Source of the DNA: Euprymna scolopes
Taxonomy: Eukaryota
Direction: 5' to 3' (one strand)
Length of the DNA: 64,000 nt
Assembly (NCBI GenBank): GCA_053919585.1
Contig: CM132793.1
The first letter of the stretch is position 1, and each line of letters starts with the position of its first letter. Positions 12,797 through 23,729 of the stretch are shown in pieces. Below the pieces are notes generated by a model. The model searched no databases. It had not been told where the DNA came from and saw only the letters and a program-made list of their open reading frames with translations. A program made the translations under genes and the position numbers.

Positions 12797-15700
12797 TGTG
12801 AACTTTTTAAACTAAACATATTTTTTACCCATAAATGTTTTCAATTTCATCACTTAGAAAATTCTTTTACTTATATTTTTTACAAGTTTTCAAAAAGTTA
12901 TTTTCAATAATCTAAAACTTTTTTTCATTTAGGAGAAAGTGCTAATAAATATACAAAGTTTAAACTGCTGTCTATCAAATTTTGTTGTGTACAAAAATTA
13001 AATTGCTTTGTATACCATTTTTTGCACAGATAATTTACCCACTTTGAACAAATGATAAACTCTACCATTTGGTGTGTTAGGGACATCAATAGTGCCCAGA
13101 ATATTTGCTAATGTCACAAAGCATATATCCTTAAAATTCTTTCCAATAAAATGAATGTGATGGAAGAGCTGAATGCATGAACTTGATCAGCAAATGCTTA
13201 TTTTCCACATTAATTTTTAAGACCATTCCAATCCAAATGTTACTCTCATACCTGCAACAAACATATTCTGAAAAAATTTCATTGGTTTTTCTTCAACCCC
13301 AATAGAGAAGTCATATATCAATTCATAGTTTTCATCTTCACTACATTGTTTCATGGCTACTTCCACTCTGTCGAATAAATTGATGAAATCTTGCATTTTC
13401 AAATCTAATAGTGAAACTTGTTTCCTTAACTTCCTCCTTTTTAATCAAAATGAATTCGATTCCTTCAGTTGTAGATTTGCAGTATTCAAACATAGTTTCT
13501 GTTGAAAGGATTTGTTTGGAATTTTGTCTTCGTAGACTTTCTTTTGCTACTATCCTTTTCACTGTCCCACCTATGCCATCACATGGTTGTTTACCATGAC
13601 TAGTTGCAAAGAAGTTCCATTTTGCATCAAATCCAAAATCTTTTTGATGGTTGCACAAATTGGCAAAGTTCTTATAATTCTTGTATTGTGCTGCACAACC
13701 ATCTGTAAAATATTCAATACTTTTCACATTTGGCAAATTAGCCTTGATCGCCCCAATTTTGTTTTCAAGCTTAAAATAGAGTACCATTGGGTGTAAAGTA
13801 CATTGAGAGGTACTCCAATGAAAACTCTGGATCTCATCTTGAACAACAAATTTGTAATTTTCAGCAAAATCCTCAAGAAATAAAACTTAGCGATCACTGG
13901 TATCTTTTTTTGCTTTAAATATCTGGATTGTGATTTAGCCAAGTAAAAATGAGGTGCAAATTCATTTAATTGCAAAATAGCTAAATCCACATAAGCTTGA
14001 CAGGATTCCTTGTGAGTTATTAAAGTTGGTCTGTCACTTGTTATCCATTGGGAGAACTCAATAGAGTTTTCATGACCAATACATTCTTCAAGGGTGTTGT
14101 AAAGAAATTTTTCATGCTTCTGTGATGATTAAGGATAATTTGAGCACCTATGAATCATACATTGTATATTACTTGTATTGCAGACAATATATTTTAAGAG
14201 ATCTTGATACGGTGATTCCAGTAATAGTTTGAGATGATATTTTGGTGGATAGTGCATAGACATACAGCATGTGTACCTGTGCTACCAGCAAGGACACACC
14301 ATTTTGGTCTAAGACTACAAAATTTTGAAAACCCTATAGATACTGTTGGGTTCTGTTCCTTGAATAGTCTGAAGAGCTCATTTAGGTTGCACAATGAGTC
14401 TCATCTGCTGGTATAAATTAGGTTTAATGCTAACATAGTCTTTCCTGCCTGGCATCGATCGAGTGTACTCATCATCTTGATAAAATGCTTGCACTAATTG
14501 TGCAATATCAACAAAGACTTGCCTCTTTTTTGTTCATGCACAGCTAAAATACCACTTTCCAAACACAATTTGCGAGCCTTGCATACAATGTGTTCTGAAA
14601 CACCAAATACATTCATGAATTTTTTGTGATCAATCGGTAGAGGCAAGTGTCAAGATCTGTATTTTCATTTTAGTGGATTTCAGTCTTCATTTTTGCTGCA
14701 AGAACCTCTATCATTTTATCAAAGCACTTAGCTTTATCTAAAATCTTATTTTTTAATTTTAAAGGTTCATCACATAACAGCTCAAAGTCGATGTTTAATG
14801 ACCTACTGATTGCAGAACAAAGTTTTCTCTTACCTAAACGAGCCTTTCCAGAGTTATGAAGCGTTTAAATAGCGGAGAAACATTCATTGATATTTGTCTT
14901 CTGCTTCAAGCTTTTGCATTTCCTCATCCGATACACCCCTTTGTTTTTCATCATCAAGAAGTTTGCTGATTCGTATTCGGCAATTTAGGACAGAGTTTCT
15001 TGCCTGGAATAAGTAACAACTTTTGCTTTATCTGCCAACTTAAAAGAAATTGCTTTCAAACTGCCTTTAATTTGCTTATGATTTTTAAATGGATCGCAAC
15101 AACTGTTTTCAAGTCACTCATACTTAGTTAACAAGGTCTGATTGTGATGATCACAGATAGTCGGTTATAGTCAATATTTACATCCATTGCATCCAAATGA
15201 TCCACTGAAATTAATCCAACCTGTTTATCATTGAATAAATTAGTACTTGTTTCAACTGTTAGCTCAGTACAAATAGAACAATTCATCTTTTTATCTGAAA
15301 AAAAAACAAAAAAACAAAAACAAAAAAAAACTACTTAAATTATTCTGTGTGCTAGTAAAAAATCCAAGTAGGAAAATGCCACCGTTCTCTTTGGATACAG
15401 GAGGAAAAGTGACTAATAAATATTTTAGGTGCCACAGACAAGTTCAGTCAAAGGAGGGTCATTCAGAGTTCAAGAGTGGCCTAATTCTAAAGTTATTACA
15501 ATTAATACCTATTAGAGATTTTATGTTTAAACAATAGTCTACAAAAAGTTTATTGCTCAGTGTAGCTTCATACTTGTTTTAAACTATTGAAAAATAAATT
15601 TTATTGTAACTTCCTAAATGAAAAAAAAAGGTTTTAGTTTACTGAAAATAACTTTTTTGAAAAATTGTAAAAAACAAAAAAAAAAGAATGTTTAATGCCA

Positions 15701-16325
15701 TCTACAAAAACTATAAAGTGTTTATCCTAATGCATGAGTCAATGTTTATCACTTGTTAAAGACAATCTATCCGTACCATACAAAATGCAATATCTACAAA
15801 ATATATTTAAATTATTTTCTTTTTAAATTAACAAAGACTATCTTATTGAATAGTTTAAGAATATGAACATTTGAGGAGTTTAGGAGCATTAGGATGATTG
15901 TCTTTATCAATCTTTCACTGAATTAAAGCACGTACATAGGAAAAAAAAGCCGATAAATTTTACAGGGCCATATCTTCTAAGGTGGGCTAGAAACCTTCAC
16001 AAAAATGTTTTTGAGAACTTAAGCAGTCATAGTAGATGCTATAAAAAAAATATGAAAATTGAAGAGGACATATTTTGACTAGAAGTATTTTTTGTTTTAA
16101 TTTTATAAAACACTAAAATTCCATGATGTTTCGCGGCAAAAAGTTGGAAGTAAAATATGCAATCCCCCCCCCCCCCCCCCAAAAAAAAAAATCCAACCGG
16201 TAAGGTTTAGGACCAAAATAATTTGGCAAATTTTCCTAACTCATGAAGGGGAATATTTGTGCCAAATTTCAAGTAATTCAGTGTCTGTCGGTGTAATGAC
16301 CTGGTGAATTGACATGGAATGACCC
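11935..16325 (-). mobile_element. Sola2-like DNA transposon with long TIRs and decayed transposase
   Basis: TIR arms ~11935-12950 and ~15590-16283. Right terminus reads GGGTCATTCCATGTC inward; left outermost terminus not recognisable. Transposase motifs DFAENY..QDEIQSFHW, FTDGCAAQYKN and SHGKQPCDGIGGTVKR on the minus strand (~13200-15290), frameshifted. Confidence 0.8.
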
Positions 16326-16835
16326 GTGACTATAAGTTTGTTTTTTTTCTTTTGTACTCAATTTTTGAAAATTTCATTCATCTTAAAATGCATCACCTGT
16401 CTCCGTGTTTTTTTTTTTTTTTCTTTTTTTTTCTTTTTTTTTCTTTTTTTTTTTTTTTTTGATACCACTCCCAATTAGAGATTGCTCTGCTTGGAAAGAG
16501 AAACAGATACAGAAAGAATGGTTGACATTCATTTTCTGTTTATAATCTTTTATATAAATAAAACGAATGTGTAGGTGTCTGAAAATATTTAACTGATAAA
16601 CTCTTAAACTGCTGGTCACATGATACTGAAATTAACAGGAAATAGATGATTTATAACTAGTTAAAATCTTTGTTTGGATGAATAATGCATTCAGAAATGT
16701 TGGCAAGTTGAAATGTAAAATGTTCAATTCAACTTTCCAACATATTTCTATTACTTTTGCATCAATTCAAAGGTAGCTTGAAGTATATATTAATTAATTG
16801 GAATTTATTGAGATGAGTATTATTTATTAATTTTA

Positions 16836-16997
16836 TTTATTGTGGACTATTATCCCCATCTTTCTTAGTTGTTTCACGATGTTTCAGCCAACTATTCCTC
16901 TGGCCTTCATCATGTGGCAACTGCGACAGGATAGGAACTCTGAATCTCCTGACTGCATCCACTGCAATTACTGCCTTCCGTAGTTGTTGTCTCACCA
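16836..16997 (-). mobile_element. Inverted partial copy of the hammerhead-bearing short repeat (core mutated to ATGATGA)
   Basis: Reverse complement matches 17167-17323: ...gttgccac ATGATGA a GGCCA gaggaatag TTGGCT GAAAC ATC GTGAAACAAC...AATAAA. Confidence 0.85.
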
Positions 16998-17046
16998 GAT
17001 CTGATAATAAACATGAATTTATAAGACCCAAAAATTCAACCTTGAT

Positions 17047-17323
17047 CGGCCTTCGGGGCCCGTGGCGCAGTTGATAGACGTTAAATCTCTACGGTTCTAA
17101 GTGAGAATTGTCTGAAGATAGGTTTCAATCCTACCCAAAGCCGGCCAGAGGCTTACTTGGCCAAAACGTGGTGAAACAACAACTATGGAAGGCAGTAATT
17201 GCTGAGGATGCAGTCAGGAGATTCAGAGTTCCTATCTCGTCGCTGTTACCACCTGACGAAGGCCAGAGGAATAGTTGGCTGAAACGTGAAACAACTAAGA
17301 TGAGAATAATAGTCTGCAATAAA
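17047..17323 (+). mobile_element. tRNA-headed SINE/retrozyme-like repeat with hammerhead ribozyme motif
   Basis: A-box-like TGGCGCAGTTG at 17063-17073; T-arm/B-box-like ATAGG-TTTCAAT-CCTAC at 17118-17134; hammerhead core at 17253-17285; AATAAA at 17318-17323. Homologous copies at 16836 and 20281. Confidence 0.65.
17243..17295 (+). ncRNA. Minimal type I hammerhead ribozyme-like motif (this copy probably decayed)
   Basis: CTGACGA (17253-17259) + extra A + helix II GGCCAG/TTGGCT + GAAAC. Helix I CAC/GTG and TGTT/AACA. Appears to lack 3 nt at the cleavage site relative to the inferred consensus GAAACGTCGTG. Confidence 0.6.
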
Positions 17324-17359
17324 ATTAGCTTAAGTATTTTAATTTTTAAATCTTTATCT

Positions 17360-17780
17360 CTGTTGCTAGCTCAAACGGTAAGGAACGCAGTTGATGTGCT
17401 AAATGTTTTGGTTTTAATTCTAGCTGATGGCACCAAATGGAGAGTGTTGTTTGCACAATCCTGCCTCACGGGATCAATAATTGTAATGAGGTTGTCTCAA
17501 TCCCTAAATGTAGGGGTTAATCCTAAGTCCCCTATAGCTACACTCTTCTCTTTGTCTAGCGATAGACCCTTCAAAATGTAACCAAACACTTGTTCCTGGG
17601 ACTACAGCTGTGATACCCAGAACGCACAAAACATGCATTACCCTAAGTCTGTGTGGCAATACCTTTAACTCATTCGTGGGTTGACCGTTTGTCGTCAGAC
17701 ATTGTAATTGAATTCTTGTAGGGACTCTGCTGAATGGCGGGTATATCGCTTTTCTCAGCTGTGTCGGGGTCAGGTGAAGT
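17360..17780 (+). mobile_element. Possible degenerate tRNA-derived SINE
   Basis: gctagctcaaacggtaag (A-box-like) ... ggttttaattc (degenerate B-box) ... gatggcaCCA, spaced like a tRNA, followed by a ~340-bp GC-richer body. No second copy in the window. Confidence 0.35.
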
Positions 17781-18083
17781 GTTTTCGTCTTTCAAGTTAA
17801 TTCTTATCACCTGCGCTTAACATAAAACATGTAGCCTATTGCCGACATTTCTCTGAAATCTGGGCTCTCTTGTATCAAACACTCCACCTCATCCTTAACC
17901 TGTAAGCAAGCTAATTTGATACTGTCTGGTGCATGCAACGGTGTTACAATAAAACTCACTAAAATCCAGTAGATTTTCAGACTTGTTCTGCTTTTAGAGT
18001 TAATCATAATTTTTAGACAAGAGTAAAACAAATTTATGAAATGTTTTTTCACTACTTCCTTACATTTCTTTCTTTCTCTGTAG

Positions 18084-18248
18084 AAAAATTTGGCTCACCG
18101 TGAACAGGTCAGCATGGTTATTGATGTGGATGATGTCATTGATTTTGACCCTGATTTGGCTGATGGCATTGTTGACAACACTCAGAGGTACACCCTTATG
18201 TTTGCGGAAGCTGTTCAAGATCTGCTACCAGAATTCAAAGAGAGAGAT
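18084..18248 (+). CDS. MCM7: MCM7 coding exon (probable exon 3): KNLAHREQVSMVIDVDD...LLPEFKERD
   Basis: Pyrimidine tract + TAG acceptor, GTAAGT donor, 165 nt, phase 0/0. LAHREQV..D.DDV..DP.L...N..RY...FA.AVQ.LLP..KER is a clear MCM7 signature. Confidence 0.95.
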
Positions 18249-18519
18249 GTAAGTAAAGTATTTAGAGTTTTTTTGAAACGATCATAATCTACTTATGCAG
18301 TTTGCCCACAAAACTGTGTACATTTCTGCTACAGTTGCATGATATCTGTTTAAAGTGATGCTGGTTAATATTATGTGCTCTGTCTGGTTTATACAAATAA
18401 AGTAAATTTAACCAATCTGTAGTAGAATGGGGACAAAAATGGATGGTCACATTCAATGCTGCCAAGACTGAACTTGTTTCCTTCAATAATTACAAGAAAC
18501 CTTCTCTACCACCAATAAC

Positions 18520-19240
18520 AATGGCTAAAGACTCCTCTGAAAGTACTTCGTTTAAACTCCTCGGCCTAACGTTCACAGGAAACGTGTTGGAACAATTACA
18601 TTGAGAGCATTACCAGGACTGCTGCAAAGGTAGGCTCTCTACTGTGCTAGAAAGCTACTAACACCCGAAAGTATCCTGTACCTCTATAAGGCCACCATTC
18701 GCCCATGTATGGAGTATTGTCATATTTGGGCTGGTGCATCTGCTACTAGTCTCTTGCACCTAGACGAGGTTCAAAAGCGTCGCCAACCTGATAGGTCTTG
18801 AACTGTCATCTTAGCTTCAGCCTCTGTCCCATTGACAAAATGTTGCATCCCTCTGCCTGTTCTACAAGTATTTTGATGGTGAATGCTCTTACGAACTGCA
18901 AGTATTTTGATGGTGAATGCTCTTACGAACTGCAAGCACTCGACATAAATACACCCGACAAACCCAACATGCAACTAAATCCCACCCCTACACAGTAGAG
19001 ATCCCTAGATGTAAGAGAGCTTTCTACTTCAGTAGTTTCTTCCACAGAACTGCTAGACTTTGAAATTCCCTTCTGGGTCCCTGCTTCGCCAACTGTACTG
19101 ACATGCAGAAGTTCAAGTGTAATGTGAACCAACATCTTACTGCCCAACTCCCTACATAGGGACCTTGTAGCTTAGGTCCCTGATAGTAGTAAAGTGGCAA
19201 TGTGCCTTGTTTGGGGTGAAAATGTAATAAAAAAAAATAA
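18520..19240 (+). mobile_element. 5'-truncated degenerate CR1-Zenon-like LINE (second subfamily)
   Basis: FKLLGLTF..YLYKATIRPCMEYCHIWAGAS. Internal 34-bp tandem duplication at ~18866-18933. 3' gccttgtttggggtgaaaatg + A-rich tail. Confidence 0.85.
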
Positions 19241-19499
19241 ATAAATAAAACAAGTGAGCCGCAAAGTCACCAGACAAATTATATCTAAGTGGGACTGATC
19301 AGAAATAGTCAGTTATTTAAACAAGATTTTCTAATTTGAAAACCAACTAACAATTGGTTCATTTATTTTCTTTAATATTGTAAAAAAAAAAGAAAGTTAA
19401 TTCATTGAAGGCAATACAATGCAGTGTAATGGATTGACACGAACTAAAGCAAATTAAGACACAAAGTAAATTAGGACAAAGAACTGAGGAACAAGCTAA

Positions 19500-19858
19500 A
19501 CAGATTTACCTTTTATTAATACTATATATATATATATATATATATTTTTTATTTTTTATTTTTTAAAATGATACTTTTAACATTTAATTGTGTTCTTACT
19601 TGTCTCAGTGTGGTGTGATGGAAGTTCCACATCGTATGATATTTCAGGAATTTTTCTTTTTCAGATGTGTGTTCAACTTTAATGCAGCCTCCCCGTATGC
19701 TCATTTGAACTAAAGTTGAAAACCTATCTGAAGAAGGGAAATTTGCCCGAAGTGTCATTTTACAGAACTTCCATCAGACCACACTGACACAAGTAAAAAC
19801 ATGATACAATGATTAAAGAAAAAAAATATGTTGTATTAGTAAAAGGTACACCATTTGA
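19500..19858. mobile_element. Fold-back MITE-like inverted repeat
   Basis: Long complementary arms, e.g. tacttgtctcagtgtggtgtgatggaagttc / gaacttccatcagaccacactgacacaagta and ttcaacttta / taaagttgaa, around a ~30-nt loop. Confidence 0.8.
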
Positions 19859-20280
19859 TTGCCTTCTATAAATTACCACTATACAATGCTTCAAGCAAAC
19901 TACATTAACCTTGTAATAAAAAGTAATTTAGCATTTGATTATTTGTATGATATTGATTTATTTGAAAAATTTCATAAGTTGGTCCTTATATAATGCATTA
20001 AATTGGAATGAAAATATATTAAAGATACAGAGCAATTTATTCCCCCTCACCTTAGTAATCATGTAAATTAGAAATCATATTTTACTGTTAAGTTTTACTT
20101 TTATCTGTATAAGATCCAGGGACTTGTTTATAATAGAGAATGATGCTTGCTGGAAAGCTTTCATTTGATCTCATTATATTGTAAAATCATCCAATTAACA
20201 ATTAGCAAAAACATAGTACTACATACAAATGTATTTAATTATTAGAATTCTTTTGAGATGGGTAATTTGTATATTTTTAT

Positions 20281-20556
20281 CAGACTTATCATCTCACCAC
20301 CTTTTAGCCAACTAATCCTCTGGCCGGCTTTGAAGATAGCGCTTTCAATCCTACTCAAGGCTGGCCAGCGGTTTAGTTGACCAAAACATGGTAAGACGAT
20401 AAATATATGAGACAGTAATTATATAAGATACAGGTGAAAGATTCAGCATCCTATCCTGTCTATGTGTTTAACAACCTGACGAAGGCCATAAGAATAGTTG
20501 GCCGAAACATTGTAAAACAAAAACTATAAAGATGAGGATAATAGTCCGATAAAAAA
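20281..20556 (+). mobile_element. Third, more diverged copy of the hammerhead-bearing repeat, with a 5' inverted segment
   Basis: 20281-20332 is an inverted copy of the element's own 5' region abutting the direct copy. Core CTGACGA (20476-20482) a GGCCA..TTGGCC GAAAC ATT GTAAAACAA. Confidence 0.8.
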
Positions 20557-21196
20557 GAAATACAAATGATTCATTATTTTTTTTTCTTTTTATATCAACT
20601 CTGAAAATGATTCCTACAAATAATTAGATTTATTGCCAGGAATCTTTTCATAACCGCTTATGCTTCTTGCTGTTATTCTGCATGTTCAAGATCATTTTGT
20701 TTCTCTGATAAATGGCGCAAAACATGTTCTTTTACAGAGCCTATTCACCCTCGAATTGAAATAGCATTTGTTTATGGATGACACAAGTGGTTATTTAAAA
20801 AAAGAAAAAAAAAAGAATTTTTTTTTTTTTTTTTCTTTTTCAAACATTAACCAAGGAAAAAAAATTTCCATAAAATTTGTTTAATTTCTTCTCAAAAATA
20901 ACATGATCAAAATGTAATATATCGAGAGCAATATAATTTAATACACAACTTGAAAACTATTTTTACAGTTTATAACACTAGTTTTTTTTGTTTGTAATAT
21001 TATATACACACAGGATGTCTCACAAAATTTACCCACACTTATCAGTGTTGTCTGGACAAAAATGATCATCAATTTGAACATTTCCGAACATAATTTCAAT
21101 TACATTTTTCTTCTATATTCAAAGCTATTCCATTTAACTCTGTTCATAATGTCCATAAATAACTTATTGTTGGGTAATGTGAGTATCTTATTTTTA

Positions 21197-21636
21197 TTAG
21201 ATTTGTGCAAAAATGTTTTTTTGACGTTCAACTTCAAAAGATCATAACTGCTTTCATAATAAACTTTATTAATCGAAATGAGAATCATTAGAATCAACCC
21301 ATTTTTGCCAACGAGAAACAATTTAGAGAAATCTGGAGTTCTGGAAGCGATGAAGTAATAGAAGGCTGATTCAGCATCATCTCAGCTTTTAAAGCATTTT
21401 TTGTGCAAGAAGTTGTCGAGATGCTTGAAAAAGTAATAATCGGTGGCCAAAAGGTCCAGTGAATATGACGGATAAGACAGTCTCATAGCCCAATTAGTTC
21501 AACTTCTGCTGTTGAACAACATATAGGCGAGCGTTGTTATGGTCCCGTCATATTGATCAATCTCGGGTATATACATCTGAGCTTCTGGTGCATTTCATCA
21601 ATTTGTCGGCCGCAAACCATCAGTCAGTCACCATAA

Positions 21637-21671
<35 letters not shown>

Positions 21672-22805
21672 CCGCAATTTCAACTCTTCAGGAAGTGTTA
21701 TGGAGCTTCTCCGGCATCCAACCACTGTGCAGAGCATCGCTGATTGTCGGAGAAGGTCCACTTATCACACGTCACAATCCACTCAAGAAATGGGTCATCT
21801 TTGTTGTGCAGAACGAGCATAGAAAACACCTCCAAATGACGATTTATTTTTATTATCATTCAATTCATGTGGCACCCATTGATCCAACTTTTTTGACTTC
21901 ACTGTTTGCTTTCAATGGCAAACTACTTGAGTGATCGACCTTGAGTTCAACAGCAACTTCTTGCGTGGTTTTGCGATTAAGGCTTTCATATGTTCATTAT
22001 CAACTGCAAACGGCTGGCTGCAGCTGTCTACATCTTCCAGGCTCTCTTCACCTTCTTGAACCACCGTTGTGCCACACATTCGTTAGTCGTTCCTGGGCCA
22101 AATGCATCATTGATATCATGAGCTGTCTTGGCAGTTTTTCGGCCTAGTTTGAACTGGACCAAGAAAATTGTATGGATTTGAATTTTATCCATGCTGTCGA
22201 AAAGCCTCCAAAAAAAATGAAGAGATTGAGAACCGTAACAAATAACACTATTTGATAGAGCGAAAAAGGCACATCAAAATGATAACATGACTATATTTTA
22301 TATCAATGAATTAATTCAGAAATCTATAATATAAATCTTACCTGTCTGTTTAAATGTTTGTATGTCTGCCTAAAACTATCGACAGAGGCGATGGATTTTC
22401 ATGATCAGTATTGTTTTGAAGCTCTGCCCTTCGGACAAAATATCAAAAAATTGGCTGAAAAACGTGAATTTCTTCACCCTCAACTAAGCACTTTTTTACA
22501 GGGAGGGGGTCGCTTTTTTTTCTTTTTCTTTTTTTTTTTCTCCAATATTTTCGAAAGTCATCTCTTTTCGATTGACTAGCCTTAATTTAAACCTTCGCTA
22601 CTTCCGGTTTGATGATGGATGCAACAGCAAAGACGTCAGGTTTTTTTTTTCTCCTCGCATGCTTTTATCTCCTTCATGGTATGGGTCTGCCCTGCCTACT
22701 ACAACTTTTTTTTTTTTTTTGCTCAACAGATACGTCTAGGCACCCAGGCTAGTCACATATAAAAGTAACATGTGAGAAAAAGATATTATTTTTGTACCAA
22801 CCTAA
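21197..22805 (-). mobile_element. Mariner (cecropia/Hsmar1-like) transposon relic with TA TSD
   Basis: TIRs ttagatttgtgcaaaaa / tttttgtaccaacctaa flanked by TA. Minus-strand transposase from ATG 22192: MDKIQIHTIFLVQFKLGRKTAKTAHDINDAFGPGTTNE..., WVPHEL, YSLDLLATDYYFFKHLDNFL. Frameshifted. Confidence 0.9.
22323..22752 (+). mobile_element. Non-autonomous Helitron-like element inserted in the mariner
   Basis: a|TCtataatataaatcttacctgtctgtt...gcacccaggCTAG|t: TC...CTAG termini at an A^T site, no TSD. Confidence 0.65.
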
Positions 22806-22842
22806 TATTTTTTTTAGACACTATGTGTAGTTTAATGAAGGT

Positions 22843-23232
22843 TCATGCTTCTTTGTTATTAGAGCAAAATTCTAAAATGGAAATAATGAATTTCCAGTTC
22901 AATAGTATCTCCTTAATTTTCACGTCACATTAATGGACATATATCCAAAAATTAAGAAAAACAATACGGTAGAAAATTATTAACAAAAAATTGTTTTGCT
23001 AAAAACAAACAGAAAGCCCGAATCATAACAAGAGAGGTAATTAATTTCTGAAAATTTTTCTAATCTTAGACCAATTTAGCAAAACTCGATTCTTGCTAAT
23101 CATCTTCAAAAACTTTTCATTAATAATTTTCTACCTTACTGGTTTTGTAATTTTCAGGTATGTTAAGTACAAGCCATTGGTTATACTTGAAATTCAATAT
23201 TTCAAATTTTGCTTTTATAATGAAGAAGCACC
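22843..23232. mobile_element. MITE with long imperfect TIRs
   Basis: ggtagaaaattattaa (~22968) / ttaataattttctacc (~23120), with outer arms tgcttct..gcaaaatt / aattttgc..agaagca. A related copy is split at 49262-49344 and 54228-54430. Confidence 0.65.
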
Positions 23233-23542
23233 TAAATTTTGAAACAAAACTTTTTTCTGTTATCATAAGGTAAAGGCAAAAATATTTAATCGTGCAAACA
23301 TTTGAATGCTTCAGATGTTTTAGACATTTGTTTTACAAGTTCTACATTTAATTTAATGTTATTATGAATTCTTTAATTGTATAGAGATAGTAAGGTAGCA
23401 CTAATTCCCAATATTCCAGAATCTAATAAAAAAAAAAAAAAAAAAAAAAAAAAGAAAATAATATAATTTTGAAAATTGTGATCTTAATAGAGATTACATC
23501 TTCAATATATATAATCCAATTTTTTCATTTTCTTCCTCTCAG

Positions 23543-23679
23543 GTCGTATCGAAAGATTCCCTTGACATTTACATTGAGCATCGTTTATTGATGGAGCAGA
23601 GAAATCAGCGTGCTGATGGAGGCCACGCAATTACAAGAGATCCACGAAACAAGTATCCTCCCGAGTTAATGAGAAGATT
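23543..23679 (+). CDS. MCM7: MCM7 coding exon (probable exon 4): VVSKDSLDIYIEHRLLMEQR...KYPPELMRR(F)
   Basis: ctcAG acceptor, GTTAGT donor, 137 nt, phase 0/2. KD.LD.YIEHRL.MEQR and YP.ELMRRF are MCM7 motifs. Confidence 0.95.
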
Positions 23680-23729
23680 GTTAGTATTTATTTAAATCTC
23701 TGTAAAAACTAATCTTAAATTTATTTTGC

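Noticed and set aside
17235-17290. Type III hammerhead fold using the upstream GTC (17239-17241)
   Set aside because: Helix I cannot form consistently in the three copies, whereas the minimal type I fold gives pairing in all of them.
17047-17435. Functional tRNA genes
   Set aside because: Boxes are degenerate and no clean cloverleaf or anticodon arm forms; interpreted as SINE heads.
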